A stretch of DNA of 64,000 nucleotides from Dendrobates tinctorius (lineage: Eukaryota), in assembly GCF_039654945.1 (NCBI RefSeq), contig NW_027361826.1, positions 19,344,001 through 19,408,000 of the forward strand. The letters are read 5' to 3'. Every line of letters begins with the position of its first letter. Position 1 is the first letter of the stretch. Positions 12,746 to 24,237 of this stretch are shown here, piece by piece. The notes beneath the pieces are model-generated. The model was not told the origin of the DNA and ran no database searches. It saw only the letters and a program-made list of their open reading frames with translations. The position numbers and the translations under genes are program-made.

Positions 12746-14059
12746 TGGTTTTTTCATAGTGTTTTTAGGGCTTTTTCATTCAGGTTTCAGGAGGAATCTG
12801 CATAAAAAAGACGTGTGCGGATACCCTAAAAATGGAACTGACATGGTCAAATCTGGTCACTTAGTATTGTTGGGGAGCATCGACAACAGCCCCCCTAACG
12901 TCTACCGAACCCACTCTGATATCAGGCTGTGTCGACAGACACCAGATCCAACATTCTTGATTTCTGACTGCTGATCCTTTTATTCTTCCTGGAAATAAGC
13001 TGCCAAAGTAGTCTGGCAGCGGCTTTCTCACAGAGAACACAGGCAGAGCTAGCGCTCTTCGGTATGTGAGAGCCAAGAATGATACATGCCGGCAAAACAA
13101 TTGGCTGAACCATAGACTATCTTTTTACTATAAGTCTGCAGACATGCAGTCACGTGCCAACTAGATGTGCGCGGCCTCGCTCAATGCAAGTGTATTGAGT
13201 GAGGCCGGACACATCTAGTCTGAATGTGGCCGAAAGCATACAAATCACATACTTGTGGTCACGCACCTGCTACTTCCAACACCGGAGAATCCTCGCAGCA
13301 TGCAATGTTTTTTTTTCAACATATTCATATGCGGATTTCCCTGTGGGGATGCAGACTCTGAGCTGGGCATTTATTGCAAATATTGGTTACATCCTTCTTA
13401 TCTACGGGGAAAATCTGCAATAAAGCCACATTATTTACTGGTGAAATTACCTTGTTTTTGATCGAAAAATCCTCAAAGTAGGTCAGTTTCCAGTTTGAAG
13501 GGAAAAAAAACATTTTTTGTATGAGATTAGGAACATCTCAATCACTATGCAAGGACTTTATGCCATTGAGGATTTTCTCCATCCGAAAATCTGGACAAAA
13601 AAAATCTGACTGCCAATTCTGGAATTAGCAAGCGTGGACGAATTCTAGCTGTGTGCACATTACACACCATTGGCCTATGTTCACACTATTTGCAACAGCG
13701 TTTTCGGCACCAAAAACTAAAGTGTCAAGAAATGCTGCATAAAATACACACTTTACTAACGTGGTTTTATGTGTGGTTTTTTTATGCATTTTTACTTGCT
13801 CTTTTTTTTTAATTTTATTTAAATGGGTGAAAGACACTGAAAGTTTTGTCATGCTGCAAAAAAGCCCTTTGATGGTTCAAACCTGCAAGGAACAAATAAG
13901 TATCATGTGCAGATTTCAGAAATCTCATTCACTTTGCAGGTGTTGTAAAGTGCAGAATTTTATAGCCTTGAAAAAAACGCAGCGTGTAAACAAGCACTTT
14001 AGAATTTGGCGCTCCGCAAGGTTTTCCAAATTCTTCCTTGGGGATGGAGGGCCTCTTTA

Positions 14060-15005
14060 GGCTGCGGTCATACTATGGTTTTTAACCACAGCAGCCTGGT
14101 GTCCATGCGGTCTTTTTACCGGTAATAGCTATTTTACCTGCAAAACCATCCGGGCCGGGGGTTCTTGTAGGAGAAACCACTAATTCCCTGCAAGATGAAA
14201 TGATTTTGCAGAGAAGCTGTAAAAAGATCACAGAGTCATAGAGACGATGTGGTTAAAAGCTGCACCCATGGTGTGTAAATGCAGCCTGAGGCTGCATGCA
14301 CACGCTGTGGATTCACCTGCTGGTTTTTCCACGCGGATTTGCAGGTAAAACGGCAGGTAAAGTGGCCTGCGGTTTTCCCCTGCGGATTGACACCTGGACA
14401 ATGGAGCAGGTGTCAAACCGCTGCGGAATCCGCAGAAAGAATTGACATACTGCGGATTCCGCAGCAAAACCGCGCGGAAAAATCCGCAGCATGTGCACTG
14501 CGGATTTGAAATCCCATTGGCTAACATTGTACTGTACACTGTCTGCGGATCTGTTGCGGATCCACAGGGCCAAATCCGCTGCTTATTCACAGCAGAATCT
14601 GCAGCGTGTGCACATACCCTTAAACCGCTTCTGGACCACCCATAGACTTTAGGGTATGTGCACACGTAGTTGTTAGGTGCTGCGGATTTTTTAAAATCCG
14701 CAGGTAAATTTCAGGTCAAAAGACCTGCTGATAAGGCTGCGGTTTTGCACTGTTGTTTATCACCTCTACAATGGAGGAGATGGTAAACCGCAGCGGAATC
14801 CGCAGAAAAGAAGTGACATGTCATTTCTTTCTGCGGATTTGAAACCGCAGCAAAACCGCGTGGAAAATTCCACAGCATGTGCACAGCGGTTTCCATTTTA
14901 CATAGAGTAAAATGGTACCGTACAACGCAGCAGATTCTGCTGCGGACCCGCAGGGCCAGAAACGCTGCGAATCTGCAGCAAAATCTGCAGCGTGTGCACA
15001 CACCC
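14060..15005. mobile_element. Cluster of three PIF/Harbinger-like MITEs (14060-14286, 14290-14619, 14652-15005)
   Basis: GG-starting TIRs such as gggtatgtgcacacg / cgtgtgcacacaccc, 3-bp TTA/TGA flanks, and internal tccgca/tgcgga repeats. Confidence 0.65.
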
Positions 15006-15557
15006 TTAAAAATTCTGGCGATCCAACTTCTAATCTGCAGTGACATTCCAAAACGCCACAGCATAGTATTTCAGATACATGCAACTGGGTCAGAGACAGC
15101 CCGAGTCCCCATACAGGAAGGCAGAGACTGTTTATTACTGTTTCTGTCTTCTCGATCGCGGTATACACAGCACTAACCCGATCATGTGTACTGTATACGG
15201 AAGGAGCAGGAGCTGCTGGGTTATAGCAGACAGCTCTGCTATTCAGTCAGGAGGCCGCATTTCCCCTGTAACTGGGGCTAATATTAATAATTTATATTTT
15301 TACAGCAATAAACATATTGCGCAGCACTTTACAATTTTAGGGTAGATTTGTACAGACAATAAGACATTATAGAATAAGCATAACTCGGATACCTAGAGGA
15401 ATGAGGGCCCTGCTCACAAGCTTACAATATGAGGAAATAAGGGAGACACGAATGGTGGATGATAACCATTTTTTGTATTGTTCGGTCCAGCCATCAATAT
15501 TAAATACGGTGTTCACTTAATGCTGCATGAACCGATTACCAATCAGTATGTGTACGG

Positions 15558-15859
15558 CAGGTACGGACTGGGGCTGAAATTCAGCCCTGGCATTTGAAAT
15601 CACACAGGCCCATGTTGTTCCCATCCCCAAGCACCAAAAGAGACATGTTACTACTAATATTACCCTGGATGGAGGAAAGCAAGATTTAGTACAAGACCAA
15701 TATGATGGTGTCCGCGACTTTGTGCTCTGTCTCAACTCTTAGCAGTATTGGTGTCTTGAGAACACCGATTCTACTAAGAAAGTAGCAGACAAGGCGGCCC
15801 ACGACCAGACAGGCCCTTCTGGCATTTTACAGAATTGCCAGATGGCCAGTCCGGCCCTG
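15558..15859. mobile_element. hAT-type MITE
   Basis: TIRs caggtacggactgg / ccagtccggccctg. Perfect 8-bp target site duplication (TSD) gtgtacgg at 15550-15557 and 15860-15867. Confidence 0.85.
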
Positions 15860-16098
15860 GTGTACGGACACAGAGGGCTATTAAGTGTATAGAGGGTGTG
15901 TGAACAGATGATACGAGGCTCCAAGTTTTGAAGAAGTTTTTTATGGACAAAACACGGACAGTTAGATAAGCATGTTGAGGCCATAAGCCAGTCTAAATAA
16001 ATGTGTTTTTAGGGCATGCTTAAAACTGTGGGTATTGGGGATTCATTGAAGTGTCCTAGTTAGTGCATTATAAAGAATTGGCGTAGCTGAGGGGAATC

Positions 16099-16967
16099 TG
16101 TTATGAATGGGTCACCGAGGAGGGGAAAAAAAGACAACAAGCTAAGTCTCAGAAAACCAGAGAAGTTGGTAACTATGCAGATCCCTGATCTTAACTGCAC
16201 AACTAGCAGCAGTCGTGGAGCGTTCCTACGATGGTCCTAGACACCTCGTCACAACCGGAGAGCTATATAAGCCTAAAGCAGGAAAAGAGGAAAACTAACT
16301 GCCCCAGAGCAGACCCCAAAGGAAAGACAGCCCCCCACATGTATTGACGGTGAAGCAAGATGAAAATACAAACAAAGGCAGGAAAATAGGCTGAGCAAAC
16401 GATGGGGCCCGGCTAACTAAAAAGGACCGGAAAGGAAAGACACTGTCTGCAATCTGCCAAAAAAACCTACAAAAATATTGTCCAACACTTCTGATAGCAA
16501 AATTAACCCTGAAGTCACTAGACTTCAACACCTATATCAGCACTCTGAAATATTCTGAGACAGAGCAAAAAAAGAGGCCAATCTAATAAGGGACAAAAAG
16601 CAGATTGGCAAATACTGATAAATAGGAGTGGAAATTCAGCATAGCCCCAGCAGGGGCAGGCTGATTACACAAGAAACTGAATTGACCAACAAGCGCAAGT
16701 GTGAACATTAGCAAAAAACAAACTTAACTTGAGAAGACTGGAAGAGAGCTGAAGTCCAGGATCTGAGAAGCAGACTGAATCACCAGCACCAGGATAGGGC
16801 GTCAGCTGTCTTGTATCCAGTCTGATACTCCAGAGATCCAATCGTTATCTTGCTCATCAGGTGGCAGATCACCACCACTTAAACCAACCTCACTAACTCC
16901 TGTCACCACCAGAGGGAGAACGGAAGGGGAACTCTCAAGTGGTGGAGCCAAAAATGAGTTCATAACA
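16099..16967 (-). repeat. 3' LTR
   Basis: Direct repeat of 27680-28544 with TG...CA ends. Polypurine tract (minus strand aagggggggtac) at 16968-16979. Confidence 0.95.
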
Positions 16968-16988
16968 GTACCCCCCCTTGAGGAGGGG

Positions 16989-17584
16989 TCACCGAACCCT
17001 CATCCATGCCACCAGGCCGATCAGGTCCTGGCCACAACCCTTCCATTTGACCAAATACTGGAGTCTCCGTCTAACCAAACGAGAATACAATATTTTCTCT
17101 ACCTCATATTCCACATTGCCTTTAACCAATACAGGATCAGGAGGTGCCGCCACAGGAACTACTGGCTCAACAAACCTCAACAGTGACTTGTGAAATACGT
17201 TATGGATTTTGAACGTAACTGGAAGAGCCAATCGAAAAGAAACAGGATTAAGAATCTCCAAAATCTTATAAGGTCCAATAAATCTTGGCTTAAATTCTGG
17301 AGATGCAACCTTCATAGGAATATTCTTAGACGACAGCCAAACCATATCACCCACTTTAAACCGGGGACCAATGGTCCTACGCCGGTTGGAAAAACGCTGG
17401 GCCTTTTCCTGAGAGTGACAATTTATCCACCACTTGGTCCCATATCTGCTGCATTCTCACAACCACAGTGTCCACACCTGGGCAGGACAAAGATTCCACT
17501 TGAGAATCGAGGATGAAACCCAAAATTACAGAAAAAGGGTGACATCAAAGTGGCAGAACTAGCTCTATTGTTCAGCGCAAATTC
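16989..17584 (-). pseudogene. Gypsy integrase C-terminus with GPY/F motif and chromodomain
   Basis: Motifs RFIGPYKI, IHNVFHKSLL and YEVEKILYSRLVRRRLQYLVKWKG. Confidence 0.88.
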
Positions 17585-18418
17585 TTTGAAAACCAGACAG
17601 GCCCAAATGCATCTGCACTAATCCAGGGTGCAGTGGACCCAAGTAAAAATGGCAGCTGCACGGGGGCGTGGCCTGGATCTCACACAGGGAGGACGTGTTT
17701 TATGGCAGCTCCCGCTCCTAGCCACAACATTGCCTTATTTGGCCCGGATAAAAGCGGCAAAAAGGATTTTTAGAGTGCCCCGGGCTTGGAGAAGAAGGTG
17801 AGGGGTGGTGTGGAGACGTGGCACCGGAGCGCTGAGCGGCCTCGTGGAGGGTGCTGCGGCGCTGGAGGGAGACGGGCGCCATCTTTATATATCCCCCTGA
17901 GCACAAGACCTGGAGATCCGGACCGCAGGAGGCCCTTGGTAGAGGTGTGAGACCACGGAACAGGGAGCGGTCTCGCCCGTTGGAGCACAAGGCGGTGAGA
18001 GGAAACCCCCGGTGAGCTGTCTGTGGGGCCTGCGGGGATTGCTGTCGCTGCATGCGGTGGAGGAGGGTGCTGGCTCTGGGCCAGACAGGTTGTTGACGGC
18101 CCCCGGTTTTGCTGAGACTTTCTGCAAGGCCTGAGTTGTTTTTGGAACGGGGGATATCGCTCCCCCTACATAGAAGTGCTGCTGTCTGCTGATTTATGAG
18201 ACCCTGGTGAGGAGAACATTGTGTCTTTTCTGAAACGCAGCAGTGGAGAGTTGGCGCTACCCTGTCTCTACCGGCTCCAGCAGATCCCCGCGGATGTTTC
18301 CAATTATTAACCCCTCGCCCTCCAAGTTACATGGGGTTATTTTTATATAGAAAAATGCTGTACTAGACTTTTCTTGACGCACGGGTGGTAAATTTTAGGC
18401 ACCCTTCAACTGAGCAAA

Positions 18419-19498
18419 ATGGTCAAAACTAATAAAGAGCGTGCAAAACCGCTGGCTGCGGAGGTGTATCGAAGCAAACAGGGTGAAATGGATAAATTTT
18501 TGAAAAACAAATCTGCTACGTCTAAGCCTAATGCTAAAAGGCTCCCTGTAGAAGTTGTGGAGGAGGAGCATGCCGAGGACTCGGACTCCAGTGACGATGC
18601 TTCTGGCAGCGATGTCACTCAATCAGACTCTGGGAAACTTTCTAGATCGTTTTTTAAAAAATTATTAGCACAGGCTATGAAACCATTGGTTAATGAAATA
18701 TCTGGTATGAGAGCGGACTTGTTACACATTGGTAATAGAGTGGAGTCTTTGGAGTCCTCTCAGTCCTCTATCATTAGCCACTCCAATGCCATGAGAGAGC
18801 ATCTAGATTACCACAGAGTACAGCTTAACAACTCTTTTCTGGCCCTTGAGGATCAGGAAAATCGGAGTCGCAGAAAGAACATACGGATAAAAGGCTTGCC
18901 TGAAAGTGTTTCCACAGAGATATTAGAAAAAGCTACTAAAGAGATCTTTGCCCTCTTAATCCCACAAGAAACATGTGACCGAATTGTAATAGAAAGGGTG
19001 CATAGATCGCTTAGACCAAAGCCGAAACCAACGGAACCTCCGAGGGATGTGATTTGCGGCCTATTGAGCTATTTGGATACCAATGCTATTTTGTCTGCTT
19101 CAAGAGACATTAAAAATCTTTCTTATGAGGGATCTGCTATTCATCTTTATCAGGACGTTGCGCCGTCGACCCTTGCAAAAAGAAGAGTCCTGAGGCCCCT
19201 CCTGGAGGTGTTACACTCACGTAAAATCTTATATAAATGGCTGTTTCCGTTTGGTATATCTATACAAGGAGATGGTAGGCAAATAATGGTTCGGACCCCT
19301 GAAGATTTACCCAAAATATGGGACGCTTTTGGCATTGCCCCTATGGACATTCCTTCCTGGCTACCTCTAGACATGGATCATCGCACACCTCCCCCTGTCC
19401 ATGCTTTTACTGGAGGACAGGGGGACTGGGTCTTGGGAAAGAGACGCTTGACTCCCAAAAGAGGGAAATCTGGAACGGAAAAGGAGATACCCCCTTGA
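18419..19498 (+). CDS. L1 ORF1p (coiled coil, RRM, CTD nucleic-acid chaperone)
   Basis: 359-aa ORF with typical L1 ORF1 motifs LEDQENRSRRKNIRIKGLPE, IERVHR, PRDVI and YQD. Confidence 0.9.
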   Translation: MVKTNKERAKPLAAEVYRSKQGEMDKFLKNKSATSKPNAKRLPVEVVEEEHAEDSDSSDDASGSDVTQSDSGKLSRSFFKKLLAQAMKPLVNEISGMRADLLHIGNRVESLESSQSSIISHSNAMREHLDYHRVQLNNSFLALEDQENRSRRKNIRIKGLPESVSTEILEKATKEIFALLIPQETCDRIVIERVHRSLRPKPKPTEPPRDVICGLLSYLDTNAILSASRDIKNLSYEGSAIHLYQDVAPSTLAKRRVLRPLLEVLHSRKILYKWLFPFGISIQGDGRQIMVRTPEDLPKIWDAFGIAPMDIPSWLPLDMDHRTPPPVHAFTGGQGDWVLGKRRLTPKRGKSGTEKEIPP

Positions 19499-19873
19499 GC
19501 TTTCTTGTGATTCTCCAGGTTGTATTTGTTTTTTCCATACTGGAGCCGGACCCCTCGGCCCGTTCGGACATGCTCTATCTTATTTTAGCTTGCTAAGTTT
19601 GACATTTACTCAGGTGTTGATATCATTCAATTGCCGTATAAGTTAACATATGCCACTCGTGTGTCAGAAATGTTTTTTCCTGTTCTGTTATGGGAGGTAT
19701 TTTTGACCCCCTGCCTCTGCCACAGACATGTAGTTGGTTCTTGTTGTATTTCTCATGTTTTATCTTAATAATTTTTAGGTTTTTTGTTATTTTTCTCATC
19801 TTTTTGTTTTTTTCTTTTAATTTCGGTGGTTTGATGATGGAGGAATCCTTTTTATTACTTTCTTTAACAAACT

Positions 19874-22800
19874 ATGGGTGATAAGGTGAACCTAGCCACT
19901 ATAACTGTGGCCTCGTATAATGTAAAGGGCTTACGCTCTCCGAATAAGAGAAGCCAAGTGATGAATCTTTTGCACTCAAAGAAGTCTAGTATAGTTTTCA
20001 TGCAGGAGACACATTTTAAAAAAGGGAGAGTCCCAGATATGTCTAGATCTCGCTACCCGACTTGGTATCACAGTACGGGCGGTTCAGCGTCGGGTGGAGT
20101 GAGTATTGCTATAAAGAAAAATGTTCCCTTTATTTTGAGCTATTGTTTATCGGATTCAGAAGGCAGGTACATTATAATTAAGGGCTTTTTGGCTAACACT
20201 AAGATTACCCTGTGTAACTTATATGCCCCAAATAGGAACCAGATAGGTTGGCTGTGTAAAACATTGAATGTTCTAGAACTTTTTACAGAGGGTCTGTTGT
20301 TGGTGGGAGGGGATTTTAATGTATCTTTGAACCCAGCCTTAGATACTTCGACGGGCAGATCGGCTCTTTCTCAGAGGGCGCTGAGACGATTACACCTTTC
20401 ATTACAAAAATTGCATCTGATAGACCCTTGGAGAACGCTTTTTCCTTCGGGCAGAGATTACACTTTTTATTCCCATCCGAATAATAGCTATCACAGAATT
20501 GATTACCTACTGATACAAACAGCTAATCTCCAATTAGTTAGGAAAGCTAATATAGATATCATCTCTCTCTCAGACCACGCTCCCATTTTTCTTGACATAG
20601 AGATAAAAACTTTACCACGGCCGGCTGGGTCGTGGTCACTGAATGAGACTCTTTTGGACTCGGATTCTCACATTGAAAAACTGACAAGCACTCTTGACTT
20701 CTTTTTTCAAAATAATTTGCACTCAGGCCCGCCCTTGCCTATGGTATGGGAATCACATAAAGCAGTAATGAGAGGGGAATTTATAGCCCTAGGCTCCCAT
20801 TTGAAAAAAGAGCGAACAAAAAAGGTTGTGTCTATTCTACATCAAATTAGTTCCTTCGAGAGACTACATAAGAGATCTCGGGTAAATAAAATATTGTCGG
20901 AACTGACAGATCTGAGAACCTCATTAAAAAACCTTTTAAACATTCAATCAGCAAAAATTTATATGAGAAGTAGACAGAAGTTTTATCTCCATGGCAATAA
21001 AAGTAGTAAGCTTATGACATCCCTACTTAAGAAACAAAAGGAAAAGACGTTTATTAGACAACTTAGAGCTTTAGATGGCTCTTCAATTCTTGGGACTGCA
21101 GATATTGCCAGGGAGTTTAAAACCTTTTATGAAAATTTATACAATTTAAATACACCTGATAGCATGCAGGAGCCAGTCACAGCCTTAGCAAAAATAAAAG
21201 AATTTTTGACCTCGTTACATCTCCCTAAAATAACTCTTGAAGGTCAGTCCTTGTTGACTGCCCCAGTTACCCCTACGGAGATCTTAGACACTCTTTCTAC
21301 TATTCCGAACGGAAAGGCACCGGGCCCAGATGGTCTTCCCATTATCTATTATAAAAAGTTTATAAAACCACTGTTACCTCACCTAGTGTCTTTGTTTAAT
21401 TCCTATTTAGCAGGCCAGCTCCCCCCTAGACAATCCTTGGAGGCATACATCACAGTCCTCCCTAAGGAGGGTAAAGATCCCAATCTGTGCACTAGCTACA
21501 GACCAATATCACTGCTTAATGCAGATATCAAGATGTGGGCTAAAATATTAGCGGGCAGATTAAGCAATTTCTTACCTAAGCTAATTTATGCAGATCAAGT
21601 AGGCTTTGTAAGAGGCAGGGAGGGGAAGGATAATTCTACTAAAGTCATTCAGTCTATAATGTTTGCTAAGACTCGGGATATGCCCTTGATGCTTTTGTCG
21701 ACGGATGCTGAGAAGGCTTTCGATAGAGTGAGCTGGAGGTTCATGGAACAAGTAATGATTAGGTTTGGCTTCCCTCCTCAATATATAACAGCAGTCCTCT
21801 CGCTTTATTCTCAACCGACGGCCAAGGTCAGAGTCAACGGCACCCTGTCAGATAGTTTTGGGATTAGCAACGGGACTAGACAGGGTTGCCCCTTGTCGCC
21901 TTCTTTGTTCATTTTAGTTATAGAAACTTTGATACAAAGCATCAGACAAGACCAACGTATAGAGGGGTTGACGGTGGGTCGGAGGTCACTTAAAACTCTA
22001 GCTTTCGCAGACGATTTGCTTTTCCTTATCTCCAATCCATCCCAGGCCTTTCCAATTATCCTTCAGGCCTTTCATCATTTTGGTCTCCTTTCTAATTTTA
22101 AAATCAATTTGTCAAAATCTGAAGTGTTAAACATTGGTCTCCCTCACTCTCAGACCTCCACCATTCGTACGCAGATTCCATTCTCTTGGGCCACTAATTC
22201 TATTAGATATTTGGGAATAATGATAACTAGAGACCCCACCAACCTATTCCATGACAATTACACTCCTTTAATTCAAAAGGTCAAAAACCTGATACAGAAG
22301 TATAGCTTACCCACTTTATCCTGGATGGGTCGTATTAATGTGTTTAAGGCATATATAATGCCTATTATACTATATACCATGAACATGGTTCCGATTCGGA
22401 TTCCCCTGACATTTTTTGGAACATTAAAATCCCTTATCGGAAAATTTATTTGGAAAGATAAAAGGGCTAGGTTACCATATAAGTTTCTTTCTCGCCCTAT
22501 CTCTTTTGGAGGGTTGGGGGTTCCAGACCTTCTTTTATATTATAAGGCTATTCATCTCAGTAGATGGTTAAAGGTGGTGTCCTGTGCTGAAAGGGAGGAG
22601 GGGGATAGTGTTGACTGGGCTTTATTGGGCCCGAGAGGTTTGCCGTATCTCTGGACTAGGGCTAAACCGCCGGCCTCTCTTAGGTTGGATGACGTAACTG
22701 CAACTACGTTGCGTATTAAAAGATTGGTAATGGGAGAGTTCCCGGAAGATACTTTCCCCTCCACATTGACACCGATTGGCTCAATTCCCTATTTGTTAGA

Positions 22801-23680
22801 GTTAGACTTTCAAGATCCATACAATTTATGGTCCAACCTCCCTAGAGAAACGTTAAATAGTTTTTATGGTAATAACACCTTGCGGGAGGGGTCTTGGCCA
22901 CAGGGGGCATCGACCCAACCAACAAATTTTCTCCAGAAACAACACATCAAACGCATACTTTTACAGTTTGGACGGAGATTCCCATCTAAATCTAATTGGT
23001 CCTGGTTAGATATTATGATTAAACTTCCATCCCCACGGCTGAAAATTATATCCCGCATTTACTCACATCTCATCTCTCCGAATGTACATTCTAAACCCTC
23101 ATTTATACACTCGTGGGAAATTGAACTTAATATCACGTTTACAGAGGATCAAATATCTAAAATGCTGTCAAATGCTCGGGGTTTTTCCAGATGTGTACTT
23201 TTGCAGGAGAATTCTTATAAAATATTAACTAGGTGGCATTTAACTCCAGCTAAGTTGTTCCAGTTAGGCCTCGTGGATAATGATGATTGTTGGCGATGCC
23301 TCAATCCTAGAGGACATCATACGCATATATTCTGGGAATGTCCTAGATTGCGAGTTTTTTGGGAGGGAGTTGAGCAAGTTCTCAAAAAATTAGGATTAAT
23401 AAAGGTTGATCTTAGAGCCACGGAAGCTCTCCTTTCATGCCCGTCAAAAGATTTTTTACCAAAAAAACATGGGCTTCTTCCACTGATGTTGAGTGCGGCG
23501 AGACAGTTGATAGCTACCCATTGGAAGGATGTAGCTCCTCCCACGTTGGGAGAATGGTATGCGAAAATAAATCAGATTTATCGTTTAGAGGAGCTGTCTA
23601 GCTGGGAAATTTATAATCATAGAGCTTTCGTGTCGACTTGGGCCCCTTGGAATAGGTACTTAGAAGACAACCCTCTTTAG
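19874..23680 (+). CDS. L1 ORF2p (APE endonuclease, RT, C-terminal CCHC)
   Basis: Intact 1268-aa ORF with SYNVKGL, MQETH, GDFN, SDH, KAPGPDG, YRPISLL, DAEKAFD, GTRQGCPLSP, FADD and CWRC..HIFWEC. Confidence 0.95.
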   Translation: MGDKVNLATITVASYNVKGLRSPNKRSQVMNLLHSKKSSIVFMQETHFKKGRVPDMSRSRYPTWYHSTGGSASGGVSIAIKKNVPFILSYCLSDSEGRYIIIKGFLANTKITLCNLYAPNRNQIGWLCKTLNVLELFTEGLLLVGGDFNVSLNPALDTSTGRSALSQRALRRLHLSLQKLHLIDPWRTLFPSGRDYTFYSHPNNSYHRIDYLLIQTANLQLVRKANIDIISLSDHAPIFLDIEIKTLPRPAGSWSLNETLLDSDSHIEKLTSTLDFFFQNNLHSGPPLPMVWESHKAVMRGEFIALGSHLKKERTKKVVSILHQISSFERLHKRSRVNKILSELTDLRTSLKNLLNIQSAKIYMRSRQKFYLHGNKSSKLMTSLLKKQKEKTFIRQLRALDGSSILGTADIAREFKTFYENLYNLNTPDSMQEPVTALAKIKEFLTSLHLPKITLEGQSLLTAPVTPTEILDTLSTIPNGKAPGPDGLPIIYYKKFIKPLLPHLVSLFNSYLAGQLPPRQSLEAYITVLPKEGKDPNLCTSYRPISLLNADIKMWAKILAGRLSNFLPKLIYADQVGFVRGREGKDNSTKVIQSIMFAKTRDMPLMLLSTDAEKAFDRVSWRFMEQVMIRFGFPPQYITAVLSLYSQPTAKVRVNGTLSDSFGISNGTRQGCPLSPSLFILVIETLIQSIRQDQRIEGLTVGRRSLKTLAFADDLLFLISNPSQAFPIILQAFHHFGLLSNFKINLSKSEVLNIGLPHSQTSTIRTQIPFSWATNSIRYLGIMITRDPTNLFHDNYTPLIQKVKNLIQKYSLPTLSWMGRINVFKAYIMPIILYTMNMVPIRIPLTFFGTLKSLIGKFIWKDKRARLPYKFLSRPISFGGLGVPDLLLYYKAIHLSRWLKVVSCAEREEGDSVDWALLGPRGLPYLWTRAKPPASLRLDDVTATTLRIKRLVMGEFPEDTFPSTLTPIGSIPYLLELDFQDPYNLWSNLPRETLNSFYGNNTLREGSWPQGASTQPTNFLQKQHIKRILLQFGRRFPSKSNWSWLDIMIKLPSPRLKIISRIYSHLISPNVHSKPSFIHSWEIELNITFTEDQISKMLSNARGFSRCVLLQENSYKILTRWHLTPAKLFQLGLVDNDDCWRCLNPRGHHTHIFWECPRLRVFWEGVEQVLKKLGLIKVDLRATEALLSCPSKDFLPKKHGLLPLMLSAARQLIATHWKDVAPPTLGEWYAKINQIYRLEELSSWEIYNHRAFVSTWAPWNRYLEDNPL

Positions 23681-24237
23681 GAACATTTTAGAGTTTTTTG
23701 TTAAGTTCTACTGAATTAGGTGGCTTCTGATATGGGGCTCCTAGCCTCACTACCCCATATTAGATAGCCCAATTGTAATACTTGGAGATGCGTTATTTTC
23801 TGAAGTGCACCCATTCAATGATTGTGCTCATGTTGTCAACCACATGTTGTTATTGTTAATGTTGTTGATATTGTATATGAATATGTACCCTTTTCTCCTT
23901 CCCTTTCTTTTTTCCTTTCCTCCCCTACCTATTTTTTCCTTATTTTCTCCTCCCTTCTCGCCCTAAACCAGACACTATTTAATATGTCGCCAACTGTACC
24001 TGAGAATTGGTGTTGTGTTTAATGGTGATGTTCAAAAACTTCAAAAATTTTAAAATAAAGAATTTACAAAAAAAAATGGCAGCTGCACAGGTGCATAAAT
24101 ACCAAATGAAACAGCCAGCCTACAATGAGGGATTGGCCGTGTGGTACACCAGTGCAGAAAAAAATAATCCGCATGTGGCAGTGTTCACACAGGGAATGCA
24201 GGGCTTCTGGCTAACAACCTCTTAGTAACACCATATA

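Larger units (their letters stand above)
17662..24071 (+). mobile_element. Full-length L1-clade LINE
   Basis: GC-rich 5' UTR starting GGGGG, ORF1, ORF2, aataaa and an A tail. 17-bp TSD aaaaatggcagctgcac at 17645-17661 and 24072-24088. Confidence 0.95.

Noticed and set aside
17718-18127. Antisense ORFs in the L1 5' UTR (ORF0-like)
   Set aside because: Short ORFs are expected in GC-rich sequence, and there is no motif or conservation evidence.
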